From NCBI GenBank assembly GCA_965217775.1, contig CBDCJH010000002.1, positions 992,001-1,056,000 on the forward strand: a stretch of DNA of 64,000 nt, in the 5' to 3' direction. The notes beneath the pieces are model-generated. The model ran no database searches, had not been told where the DNA came from, and saw only the letters and a program-made list of their open reading frames with translations. This DNA comes from Acidobacteriota bacterium (GTDB lineage Bacteria; Acidobacteriota; UBA6911; RPQK01; JAJDTT01). Every line of letters starts with the position of its first letter. Positions within the stretch are counted from its first letter, which is position 1. The position numbers were made by a program, and so were the translations under genes. This document shows, one piece after another, positions 9,005-18,595 of this stretch.

Positions 9005-11608
9005 CTATTCCCGGGTGATGAACTCGTCCAGGTTCAACACGGCTCGGGCAGCCGCGGTCCAGGTGGCCGCCAACAGGGGCTCCAGGTCCGAATCGGCCCC
9101 GTTCGCGAGTTGTTTCACCGACTCCGGTTCCTCCTGGAGAATCGCCCTCTGCCGTCCAAGAAAACGTCGGAATAGACGACGTTCGTCCGGAGTGGGTTCC
9201 CGGCTCAAACAGAGCTGGTAGATGTGGTCCAATCGTTCTTCCCAGCGGGGAGGGGCCTCCCGGAGCGTGCGTTGCGCCAGAAACCGGGCCGCTTCCATGA
9301 AGACGGGGTCGTTGAGCAGGTTCAGGGCCTGGAGCGGTGTGTTGGAGCGCTCCCGCCGGCAGACCGTGGCGCTGGCGTCGGGAGCATCGAAGTTCACCAT
9401 CTGGGGATAGGGAGCGCTTCGCCGGAAGAGCACGTAAAGGCCGCGGCGGAAGCGGTCCGCACCCGAACTGGGCTCCCAGCCGGACTTGCCGTAGGTGATC
9501 GTGGCGATCCAATCGGGCTGAGCCGGACGGATGCTCTTGCCGCCGATTCGGGAATCCAGCACTCCAGCCGCCCTCAGCGCCGCATCGCGGATCAGCTCGG
9601 CGGGAAGGCGCAGCCGGCTTTGCCGGGCGAGCAGGACGTTCTCCGGATCCGTCTGCTCCAGCCGCTGCTCGACCCGGGAGGGCTGGCGGTAGGTGGCCGA
9701 CGTCACCAGTCGGCGCAACATCTTCTTTTGGCTCCAGTCCCGGCGCATGAACTCCGAGGCCAGCCAATCCAGGAGAGCCGGATGGGAGGGCTTGGATCCC
9801 TGGGTGCCGAAGTCCTCGGGAGTACTCACGAGTCCACGCCCGAACAGTTCCTGCCAGAGCCGATTCGCGGCGACGCGGGCGGTCAGGGGGTTGTTCTTAT
9901 CCACCAGCCATCGGGCCAGCCCCAGCCGGGGTGGTTCCTCCCCGTTCCGGAGGGGAGGCAGCCAGCCGGGCGTGCCGGGCCGGACCTCCACTCCAGGGAC
10001 TCGATAGTCTCCCCGCAGGGCGATATGGGTGGCGCCCGGCAGGGCCTGAACGACATCGGCCCGGGTCACATCGGGGAAGGACGTTTCCAGCTCGGCCAGC
10101 TTCCCCTTCAGATCCTTCAACTTCTCGCTCAGGGCCTCTTCCTTGGCGTTCTCCGGACCGGGATACTTGAAGAAATAGTGGGTCACCCGGTCGTTTTCCC
10201 GCCAGGTGCGGCCCGCGGGGCCCGACCCCAGCAACTCCGGAGCCCGGTCCAACTCGTTGAGAATGGCGCCCCGGAGAATGTCGTCCCAGTCCAGATGCTT
10301 CCCCGGATACTCCATTGCCTCCAGGAGCATGGTTTCCCATCGCGCTTGCAGCCTGGGAACCGAGATCTCGCCGTTGTCGAGAAGTTCTTTCCTCTGCTGG
10401 CGGTAGCGCGGGAATTCCTCCAGGAATGGCTCCGTTTCTCCCCCGAGGGGTGCATCCATCTCCCGGCCCTGGGTCTGATTGAAGAAGGCCAGGAACTGGT
10501 AGTACTCCTTCTGGCTCAGGGGATCGTACTTGTGGTCGTGACACTGGGCGCAGCCCAAGGTCAGCCCCAGCCAGACCGAGCCCATGGTGTTGGTCTGGTC
10601 CAATATCTCCTCGAACCGCACCTGACCTCGAGGTACGCCCGCTTCCCGATTCTTGAGGCCGCTGCGCAGGAATCCGGTCGCGACCCTCTGTTCAAGGCTC
10701 GCCCCGGGGAGGAGATCTCCGGCAATTTGCTCGAGGGTGAAGCGGTCGAAGGGCAGGTCGCGATTCAGCGCCTGGATCACCCACTGCCGCCAGCGCCAGG
10801 CGTGGGGACGGAGCAGGTCCTTCTCGTAGCCGTCGCTGTCGGCGTAGCGGGCCAGGTCCAGCCAGTGCCGGGCCCATTTCTCGCCGTAACGGGGCGATGC
10901 CAGGAGCCGGTCCACCAACCGCTCATAGGCGTCGGGCCGGTCGTCGCGCAAGAAGGCCTCCACCTCCTCGACGCTGGGCAGGAGACCGGTCAGGTCCAGG
11001 CTGACCCTGCGGATGAGGGTCTCTTTGGAGGCCATGGGGGAAGGGGACAATCCTTCCTGGTCCAGTCGGTTCCGGATCAACGAGTCGATGGGCGACCGAT
11101 CCCAGGCTCCGGTTGTCTCCGGCAGGGGCTCGGGCCGGTCGATGGGGCGGAACGACCAGTGCTGCGCCTCTGTTGGGGAAACAGAATCCGAGTCGGCCCG
11201 AACCGGCATCTCGCGGGGCCAGGGGGCTCCCTGGTCGATCCAACGGGTCAGCACCTCGATCTGATCCGGACGGAGGGGTGGCGCCGCCAGGGGCATGCGC
11301 GTGCTGGGGTCTTCACTGGTCAGTCTCCGGATCAGGGTACTGCCGCCGCCGTCGCCCAAGACCAGAGAGGGCCCCGAGTAGCCCCCTGCCAGAGCGCCCT
11401 CCCGGCTGTCCAGACGAAGGCCGTTCAGTTGCTGCGAGGGACCGTGGCACTGGATGCAGTGGTTCTCAAGGAGGGTCCGGACTTCCTGGGCCAACGGGTC
11501 AGGGACCGCCGCCGAACGGGACTCTGCCCCGAAACCGGACCCGAGCAGTCCGAAAACGATGAGAATGTGGGACTTGAAGGCCATGGCAACCCGGCTCCCA
11601 TTGTACAT
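9005..11608 (-). CDS. PSD1/planctomycete cytochrome c protein (CIQCH + DUF1549 + DUF1553)
   Basis: Signal peptide; CIQCH; HWSFRP; [21 protein letters not shown]; [11 protein letters not shown]; [11 protein letters not shown]; SNTPLQAL; LNLDEFITRE. The start may be ATG 11584. Confidence 0.92.
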   Translation of the reverse strand: MYNGSRVAMAFKSHILIVFGLLGSGFGAESRSAAVPDPLAQEVRTLLENHCIQCHGPSQQLNGLRLDSREGALAGGYSGPSLVLGDGGGSTLIRRLTSEDPSTRMPLAAPPLRPDQIEVLTRWIDQGAPWPREMPVRADSDSVSPTEAQHWSFRPIDRPEPLPETTGAWDRSPIDSLIRNRLDQEGLSPSPMASKETLIRRVSLDLTGLLPSVEEVEAFLRDDRPDAYERLVDRLLASPRYGEKWARHWLDLARYADSDGYEKDLLRPHAWRWRQWVIQALNRDLPFDRFTLEQIAGDLLPGASLEQRVATGFLRSGLKNREAGVPRGQVRFEEILDQTNTMGSVWLGLTLGCAQCHDHKYDPLSQKEYYQFLAFFNQTQGREMDAPLGGETEPFLEEFPRYRQQRKELLDNGEISVPRLQARWETMLLEAMEYPGKHLDWDDILRGAILNELDRAPELLGSGPAGRTWRENDRVTHYFFKYPGPENAKEEALSEKLKDLKGKLAELETSFPDVTRADVVQALPGATHIALRGDYRVPGVEVRPGTPGWLPPLRNGEEPPRLGLARWLVDKNNPLTARVAANRLWQELFGRGLVSTPEDFGTQGSKPSHPALLDWLASEFMRRDWSQKKMLRRLVTSATYRQPSRVEQRLEQTDPENVLLARQSRLRLPAELIRDAALRAAGVLDSRIGGKSIRPAQPDWIATITYGKSGWEPSSGADRFRRGLYVLFRRSAPYPQMVNFDAPDASATVCRRERSNTPLQALNLLNDPVFMEAARFLAQRTLREAPPRWEERLDHIYQLCLSREPTPDERRLFRRFLGRQRAILQEEPESVKQLANGADSDLEPLLAATWTAAARAVLNLDEFITRE

Positions 11609-11681
11609 GGGCGGTGTGGGATTGGCAGCCGAGGTGACGGGGCTCCCCGCGGTGACGGAAGCGGATATGGCGACGCGGGTG

Positions 11682-13466
11682 TTATTGGCCGCGCGCAGGG
11701 GGAGGAGTCACGGGAGGCCGGGGGATGTCCTCGGCCGGTCTTTTCAGTGTCACGTCCTCGAACAGGAGAGACGGTGTCACCAGGGACATCAGAGGCGCTT
11801 CCATCGACCCCCCGGCCCCCATCATGAAAAACGAAGCGAACATGCGATCCGGACGGCGATATTCCATGTCGTAGACTTCAGCCGTGTCGGAAGCAGCGAC
11901 GATGTCCCTGAAGCTGGACTCGCTCACTCCGGATAGTGTCACCTTCCGAATCGGCTCTTCCCGTCCGTCCGACAGCACCTTGTAAGCCAGAATGGCCGGC
12001 TCGACCCGCGAACTCTCCCGGGATCCCGGCATCATGAACGCAGCACTGCGGTCCCTGGACAGCTTCAGGTGCGGGTTTCCCAGACGCCGCACGATGATGC
12101 CGTAGTCAAGTCCCCGTTCCTGCACCAGACTGAGAAGTTCTTGCTTGATCTCGTCACGATTCATTCCGTTCTGTGCGCGAACGAAAAGATTGGAGGGGGC
12201 GGGTCCCATGTTTCGCCGATTTCCGGTGCTGTTCGGCACTCCCCTGACCGGGTTTCGAGTCGTCAACAAGGTCTTGAGAATTCCCCTCCGGACAACGGTC
12301 GTCTCCCCGGAACGCACGGCTTCCTCGTCCACCTCGTACCCGCCCAGAAGAGGAACCGAACCGTGGTGCTTCACGGTCGGGTCGTCTACGATCGACAGGA
12401 ACCTGGGAAGGACCCGAGCACCCAACCGGTCCTGAAACGGATTCCGGGACCGTTGGACGTATCGTTCATTCCTGGGATCGTCCAACCTGGGAACCCTCTG
12501 ACCCAGCAGCCGGGGAACCAGTACTTGGCTCACGAGCTCGGCGGCAGCCTGTCCCTCGAAGAGGACCGGACCGCTGTAGAGTTCGATGTTTTCGGCCTCA
12601 CGCAGTTGGTCCAGGTGAGCGATCATTCCCCGAATCTTTTTGGCCAAATCAGTCTGACCGGGCAGGTCCTCCCATGAACGTCCGTAAGCGACGACGAAGT
12701 CTTCCAACTCCGTCCCGTCGGAGGCCTGGGTACCGCCCAGAGCCCGGATCCTGGCCGAAGGCTCGCTTTGGACATACGCAGACCCTTCGCTGTTCACGAA
12801 GTACGTCGTCGTGCGGCGAAGCTGGGCCCGGACCTGTGAGGCGAAGATGTGGGGCGCCTCCTGGAAGAGAGCGGACAACTCCTTCACCGTTGTTTCCACC
12901 TGCGCTGCATCTGCAAGTTCCACCAGGGGCCGGGAGTCTCTGAATTCAACAGGTTCTTCCTGACTGAAATCGGCGACCTCCTCGGCCCGAGTCTTGTTCT
13001 GGAGAGCCGCACGTTTCTTGGCGAGCCGATGGACAGCCTGTTTGTAGGCCCCGTCGGTGGCCAGCCAGATCTTTCGTCTCAGTTCTCCGTAATCGTCTGC
13101 CAGAGGTAAGGGAGTGGGCATTCCGGTCCAGACCACTCCGGAACGCATTGCGCCGAAATCAAAGAAATTGGTGTTGTCGAAACCAGGTTCGCCGACTCGA
13201 ACCTGGACCGAAAGAGAACGGCTGCTCCCCCCTCCCCGGTTGAGCACTCCCCCCAGACTGGCCGCAACCCGGAAGTTCTGAGACTCCTGAACCCAATAGG
13301 CGACGTAGTAAGGTTTCTCCATCCCTTCGAGTTGCAGCTTCTCCATACTCCGTCCCAGCTCATCGCGCATCGCTTTCATCAGGACGCTCTCTTGTGCTTG
13401 AAGCCACGTTGAACCCATCACCAACAGGATGAAACTGCACAGAATCGGGGCGCGGCAGGGCGTCAT
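11682..13466 (-). CDS. TldE/PmbA-like non-catalytic partner of the TldD metalloprotease, with signal peptide
   Basis: RBS AAGGAG before ATG 13466; signal peptide then AMRDELGRS; YSGPVLFEG; DDPT; lacks HExxxH. Confidence 0.8.
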   Translation of the reverse strand: MTPCRAPILCSFILLVMGSTWLQAQESVLMKAMRDELGRSMEKLQLEGMEKPYYVAYWVQESQNFRVAASLGGVLNRGGGSSRSLSVQVRVGEPGFDNTNFFDFGAMRSGVVWTGMPTPLPLADDYGELRRKIWLATDGAYKQAVHRLAKKRAALQNKTRAEEVADFSQEEPVEFRDSRPLVELADAAQVETTVKELSALFQEAPHIFASQVRAQLRRTTTYFVNSEGSAYVQSEPSARIRALGGTQASDGTELEDFVVAYGRSWEDLPGQTDLAKKIRGMIAHLDQLREAENIELYSGPVLFEGQAAAELVSQVLVPRLLGQRVPRLDDPRNERYVQRSRNPFQDRLGARVLPRFLSIVDDPTVKHHGSVPLLGGYEVDEEAVRSGETTVVRRGILKTLLTTRNPVRGVPNSTGNRRNMGPAPSNLFVRAQNGMNRDEIKQELLSLVQERGLDYGIIVRRLGNPHLKLSRDRSAAFMMPGSRESSRVEPAILAYKVLSDGREEPIRKVTLSGVSESSFRDIVAASDTAEVYDMEYRRPDRMFASFFMMGAGGSMEAPLMSLVTPSLLFEDVTLKRPAEDIPRPPVTPPPARGQ

Positions 13467-13553
13467 GGACCTACTCCTTGTTTGCTGGACACGTCCGGGA
13501 CCATGGTGGGTGTCGCTGGTGGCAGAATGTGGCATTTGGGTGCTCCTGCCGGG

Positions 13554-15242
13554 CTAAGACGCAGGCTCGGGAAGGGGCAGGATCGGAGTCCTTTCCTGGG
13601 ATTTCTCTTTCTTCTGGACTTCGATCTGAGAGACCAGGACGCCCGGCGACACGGCCGCCACCGGCACCCAACCGGACTCGGCGCCACAGGAGCCGCTGAA
13701 CACCTCCACTTGATCGTCCGCGGCAGTGATCTGGCTGAACGTGGTCAGCGGTGTCCCGATCAGGTCCACGCCTCGGACCAGCTCCTCGCGCCCGTCGGCA
13801 TAAATCCGAAACACCATCGTCGGCAACACATTGAACGCATTGGGAGTCCTCCTGCCCGTCATGGTGAAGCCTCCTTGGATGTCCTCGAAATAGAGTCCGA
13901 AGGGCTTGTCCTCCCGCTTGAGCCGATCGATCAACATGGTCTTGAGCTCCTGGCGTGAGTGGGTTTTGCCGACTTCGACCAAGAGGTTCGACTGGCGGGC
14001 TACGGGGGACCGTCCCGCCTGCTTGCGACCGTGTCCGTTGGAACGGGAGAATCCCTCAATGGGCGTACGTGACATCAGGAAGTTCTTCAAGACCCCCTTT
14101 TTGATCACCTCCACCCGCTGGGCCTTCACCCCTTGGTTGTCGAACCGGTAGGCGCCGACGAGATCCATCGACTCGATACTTCGAACCGTAGGATCGAACA
14201 CGACCGAGAAGGTCTCCGGCAGCACCCTCTGATTCACCATTTTCTTGAAGGTCTGACCTTCCTCCTCCCGCTTCTGTCGATGCCCCTCGACGCGGTGGCC
14301 GAGAATCTCGTGGAAAAAGACTCCGCTGGCCCGACCCGAAAGAATGGCGGGCCCGGTGTAGGGATCCACCACGGGAGCCGCCCTCAGGGCTTCCAGATCG
14401 CTGATCATCTTCTCCACCTTCCGGAGCACGACGCCGTCTTCGGGAAGTCCGTCCGGAGTGAAGGAGAAGAAGGATTCGTATCGCGGCAGCTCCATCCCAT
14501 CCTCGGCCTTGGTGAACGCGGTGATCATCAGTCGATAGTAGGTCTGGGAGGTCCGGAGCTCGGCTCCCTCACTGTTCACGAACCAGCGAGTCTCGGCGAC
14601 GGCCGTCAGGATCGCATCCGCCTGGTAGATATGACCGAAGCGGGAAAATGGAGCCGTGTACCGGCGAAGTTTTTGGTTCCACGAGGCACGGTCAAAGTTC
14701 AGAGCAAGCGGATCCTCCAGCCATTTCTCCGGCGCCTCGGGCGAAAAATCTCCCGCCTGATCCTCCTCTTTCACTTTGACCCGGACGTTGGCCTTGACTT
14801 TGGTCAGTTGCTCGACGGCTCTTTTGTATTTCTTGTCCGTCTCGTACCACAGGATATTTCGAAGCGCATCCGGATTGTCCGTGGGCACCTCCACTCGGGA
14901 GAATGACCGGAAGTTGGCGAAGAAATCTCCGCGAATCGGATGACTGTTGTCCAGTTCGGGACTGCCGACCCGAAGATCGATGTCCACGATCCGGCGCTCT
15001 CCCTCGGAGCTTCGGGTGACGTTCCCGAAGGACGCGCTCAGGGCGAAATTGCGATCTTCGGTGATTTCGTAGCTGAGATAATAGATGGGAGTCGGCTGCT
15101 GTGAGAGGAGCTCAACTGAGCGTTGGAGCTCTTCCTTCATGGCGTCCAGCACCGGAGTCGCGCCCTGGACCGGCGGGGTCGCCAGGATCAAAGCTGCAGC
15201 CGAGAGAATGGAAAAGAGGTGAATTCTGTTGAGCAGATGCAT
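13554..15242 (-). CDS. tldD: TldD/PmbA family zinc metalloprotease, with signal peptide
   Basis: RBS GGAGG before ATG 15242; YTGPAILSGRASGVFFHEILGH; SNGHGR...RQSNL; CGAESG zinc-Cys motif. Confidence 0.88.
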   Translation of the reverse strand: MHLLNRIHLFSILSAAALILATPPVQGATPVLDAMKEELQRSVELLSQQPTPIYYLSYEITEDRNFALSASFGNVTRSSEGERRIVDIDLRVGSPELDNSHPIRGDFFANFRSFSRVEVPTDNPDALRNILWYETDKKYKRAVEQLTKVKANVRVKVKEEDQAGDFSPEAPEKWLEDPLALNFDRASWNQKLRRYTAPFSRFGHIYQADAILTAVAETRWFVNSEGAELRTSQTYYRLMITAFTKAEDGMELPRYESFFSFTPDGLPEDGVVLRKVEKMISDLEALRAAPVVDPYTGPAILSGRASGVFFHEILGHRVEGHRQKREEEGQTFKKMVNQRVLPETFSVVFDPTVRSIESMDLVGAYRFDNQGVKAQRVEVIKKGVLKNFLMSRTPIEGFSRSNGHGRKQAGRSPVARQSNLLVEVGKTHSRQELKTMLIDRLKREDKPFGLYFEDIQGGFTMTGRRTPNAFNVLPTMVFRIYADGREELVRGVDLIGTPLTTFSQITAADDQVEVFSGSCGAESGWVPVAAVSPGVLVSQIEVQKKEKSQERTPILPLPEPAS

Positions 15243-15421
15243 CCCACAACCTCCGTCTGGGCGGGAATCGGCCATCCTTGATGAGAGTATTGATGGCGCT
15301 GGTGGATCCGGCTTTGACAAGCTCAAGCTTCTTGATTTATTGACGCCGCCGCTACCCTGAGGGTTCACTTAATTTTCACTTGGAATCGATCCCGGACTCG
15401 ACCATCAAGGAGAATCCCTTC

Positions 15422-17206
15422 ATGTCCGATGGCTCCACAAGGAACAACGACCCTATCTATTTTACTGATCTGAATCGATGCCGGCCCGGATCGGCCCTGA
15501 GCCGAGTCGGTAAACGGTCGTGCTGGCGCCTGATCGACTACGAGGCCGAGGACTTCCGCGGGGTCTTCCTGCGGGCGGGTCCCGAGACGGCGGCGGCGGA
15601 AGTTCGATACCCCCTCGAGGTTCAAGGCTGGCACGACGTCCACATCGGGTTGTACAACACACCGTTCCGCCCCTTTCGGGGACAGCGGGTCTGGACTCGT
15701 CTGGATGGCGACCCGGCGTTTTCCCTGGTCTTTCTCCCGGCTCCCGCCATGGAGAGCGAACAGGCGGTTCGGGACGTCTACTGGAAGACGGCGGATTTGA
15801 CCGGTCAGGGGATCCGCTTCAAACAGCTCTGCCGGGAGCAGGTCCCGGCGGGGGAGACGGGGCGCAGCACCAGCGAGAACGTCTGGATCGCCTACATCAA
15901 GCTCGTGCCCTTGGAGCCGGAAGAGGTCGAGGCCCTGCAGGCCGACCGAAAGCGGACCGGCCGGAAGCGTCTCGTGGCCACCCAGGACGTGGGGACGGGG
16001 ATCGTGGTCGACAGCGAGCCCGGTACGGTCCGGGATCTGCTGGAGAGCTACCGCGACACCGACTTCGGCAGCATCTACTGGGAAGCGGGCGCCGGGGACC
16101 TGTGTGCGTACTCCACCCGGATCGGACGCATGTGCACCACCCGCCACTTGCAGATCGACGACTACTCGCTCTTCGAGTATCGGCGCCTGGTGGAGAACTG
16201 GACCGAGTACGTCGAAAAAGGAATCGATCCTTTCCGAATCGCGGTGGACCACGCCCACGAGCTGGGAATGGAGTTCCACGCCTCCTACCGGTTCGCCGAG
16301 GGGATGGGGCCGTTTCATTTCTCCCCTCCCTTCGAGGAGATGAACCAGGGAGGTTTCTACGAGAAACATCCGGAGTTCCGGGCGGTCCGTCGGGACGGGA
16401 GCCGTGCGCCCCGGATTTCCCTGAGCTATCCCGAGACCCGCCGCTATCTCGTATCGCTGTTTCGGGAGATGGCCGGATATCCGGTGGATGGAATCTGTCC
16501 CCTTTTCAATCGGCGCCCGCCCTACGTGGAGTACGAAGAGCCGCTGGTGGAGAGCTTCCAGGAGAAATACGGTCAGGATCCCAGACAACTGGAGGAGAGG
16601 GACCCGCGCTGGCTGAACCACCGGGCCGCGGTGATGACCGAGTTCGTCCGGGACCTGAGACGGATGCTGGATCAGGTCGCCGCGGAGCAGGGTCGTCCCA
16701 AACAGCTCTCGGTCTGGGTGTTCGGGCGGCGGGACGAAAACCTCTATTGGGGTCTCGACGTGGAGCGGTGGATCCGGGAAGGCCTGGTGGACACCGTCGT
16801 GCCCTACACCTCGGCGGAGGATCTCTACAGTTGGAAACTGGCGTGGGAGGACCCGGCCGACGTCCGGTACTGGCTGGATCTGACCCGGGGGACTCCGTGC
16901 CGGGTGACCCTCAACATCATGCCCCGGCATCTGAGTGCGGAGCAGTACCGGCGCAAGGCCCGCCAGCTCTTCGCCCTGGGGGTCGAATCGCTGGTCTTCT
17001 GGGATACGGCCAAGGTCTGGGGCCCCGAGTTCGACGCCCACTCGGCCTATTTCTGGGGTCACGGCACGTCGTTGCCGGATCTGAGGCGGCTGGGACATGT
17101 CGAGGAACTGGAGGCCTGGGCCGAATCGGGGGAGCCCCCCATCCGGATGTCCGGCAGCCGGCTCAAGAAGATCGGCGATTGGGAGATGACCTTTATCGCC
17201 GAATAG
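15422..17206 (+). CDS. Family 10 glycosyl hydrolase-like (GHL10) TIM-barrel protein
   Basis: RBS AAGGAG before ATG 15422; AHELGMEFHASYR, FYEKHPEF, LSYPETRRY, YPVDGI, GLDVERWIREGLVD. Confidence 0.75.
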   Translation: MSDGSTRNNDPIYFTDLNRCRPGSALSRVGKRSCWRLIDYEAEDFRGVFLRAGPETAAAEVRYPLEVQGWHDVHIGLYNTPFRPFRGQRVWTRLDGDPAFSLVFLPAPAMESEQAVRDVYWKTADLTGQGIRFKQLCREQVPAGETGRSTSENVWIAYIKLVPLEPEEVEALQADRKRTGRKRLVATQDVGTGIVVDSEPGTVRDLLESYRDTDFGSIYWEAGAGDLCAYSTRIGRMCTTRHLQIDDYSLFEYRRLVENWTEYVEKGIDPFRIAVDHAHELGMEFHASYRFAEGMGPFHFSPPFEEMNQGGFYEKHPEFRAVRRDGSRAPRISLSYPETRRYLVSLFREMAGYPVDGICPLFNRRPPYVEYEEPLVESFQEKYGQDPRQLEERDPRWLNHRAAVMTEFVRDLRRMLDQVAAEQGRPKQLSVWVFGRRDENLYWGLDVERWIREGLVDTVVPYTSAEDLYSWKLAWEDPADVRYWLDLTRGTPCRVTLNIMPRHLSAEQYRRKARQLFALGVESLVFWDTAKVWGPEFDAHSAYFWGHGTSLPDLRRLGHVEELEAWAESGEPPIRMSGSRLKKIGDWEMTFIAE

Positions 17207-17234
17207 GCGGCACCATGCCGTTCGGCGGCATGAG

Positions 17235-18461
17235 ATGTCCGCATCTGTCTTTTCGGTCCCCACAGCGCGTATGCCGAAGGAAATCGTTCTTCGAGTGCAC
17301 TGGCCCGATCATCTGGAGTACGGGCGGGGGGAGGCCCGCCTGGACGATCGGGAGAAGCTGGCTGCGGCGGTCGCGTATTGGAGGGAGCGTTTCGGCGTCC
17401 GTCGATTCTACTGGCGGGTGGACCACTGGTTCATCCAGCGGTACTGCGTCGAGCGCAAGGACGACCGGGAAGTGTCCCGAGGCTGGTCCCGTTTTTGGGA
17501 AAGACTGGCGGCTTCCCGGATCCAGGATGTGGCCGATTTCGTCGAGGTGACCCGTGCCGCGGGAGTACAAGCCTATCTCTATCTTCCCTTCCTGGATGAG
17601 GGTCTTCCCCGAGATCTGCTCTATCTGCCCCGGGGGACGCCATATCCTTATCAAAGTGATTTTTCGGCAGCCCATCCCGAGTTTGTGGAGGTGGACCGCT
17701 CAGGGAAGGAGCGCCACTGGGGAGTCCTCTGTTACTCCTACCCGGAAGTCCGCCGTTACCGTCTCGAGATGCTGCGCGATCTGTTGGCGGAAGCTCCGGC
17801 CGACGGGCTCCACCTCTGCACCCGTTCCTACGTGCTGCCGGCCGCCTACGGCGACCAGTTCGGCTTCAATCGCCCCGTGGTGGAGGAGTACCGCCGCCGT
17901 CACGGCGTGGACATTCTGCACAGCGACTTCGACCTGGAATCTTGGCGGAGGCTCCGGGGAGAGTCACTGAGCCGGTTCCTCTCGGAGGTGAAGGATCTGC
18001 TCCGGCCCGCCGGCCAGAGCCTCTCCCTGGCGGTCCCCCGGGGAAACTACCTGGGGCCACCCTACGGCAACCTGCACCTGGACTGGCAGAAGTGGGTCCG
18101 CGACGGTTTGGTGGACGAGCTCGTTGTGAACGTCATCAGCGGGCGGCAGTTGACGGAAGGGTTGTCCGGTTACGGGTACCTGAACAACGGCGAGGACGGG
18201 GTCGGTCTGAATCCTCTGGACCAGGATCTGGCTCGGGTCTACGGTCCCGTCTGCCGCCGGGCGGGGTGCCGACTCTACCTGGGAGCGGGGGTCGATCTGA
18301 ACCGCCGGGAACCGGACGGGGAACAGCTGGAGGGTTTGGCTCGGCTCGCCGGGTTCGACGGCTTCGTCTTCACTACCGGAAACCTGGTAGAACGTTTTTC
18401 CTTCGACAAGCGGGGCCGTCCCGTCTCCTGGACCATCGAGGAGTTGGATCTGCCGGCGTAG
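17235..18461 (+). CDS. GHL10-like TIM-barrel protein
   Basis: FSAAHPEF, LCYSYPEVRRY, ADGLHL, DWQKWVRDGLVDEL; paralogous to the upstream gene. Confidence 0.7.
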   Translation: MSASVFSVPTARMPKEIVLRVHWPDHLEYGRGEARLDDREKLAAAVAYWRERFGVRRFYWRVDHWFIQRYCVERKDDREVSRGWSRFWERLAASRIQDVADFVEVTRAAGVQAYLYLPFLDEGLPRDLLYLPRGTPYPYQSDFSAAHPEFVEVDRSGKERHWGVLCYSYPEVRRYRLEMLRDLLAEAPADGLHLCTRSYVLPAAYGDQFGFNRPVVEEYRRRHGVDILHSDFDLESWRRLRGESLSRFLSEVKDLLRPAGQSLSLAVPRGNYLGPPYGNLHLDWQKWVRDGLVDELVVNVISGRQLTEGLSGYGYLNNGEDGVGLNPLDQDLARVYGPVCRRAGCRLYLGAGVDLNRREPDGEQLEGLARLAGFDGFVFTTGNLVERFSFDKRGRPVSWTIEELDLPA

Positions 18462-18595
18462 ACGGGATTTAGCGCCACGGCGGGGGTTCCAGACACTCCC
18501 TTGGTGTAATTCGGCCCCGGCAACGCAACTTTTGGGTAAGACTATAATGTATGCCAATCACATTTCCTGAGTTCGCGAACAGCATGATCACTCCG

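Noticed and set aside
6568-11827. Long alternative ORFs (6568-8640, 7641-9221, 9224-11827)
   Set aside because: Off-frame or antisense to ehuA, DUF1501 and PSD1; no motifs; typical of stop-poor high-GC DNA.
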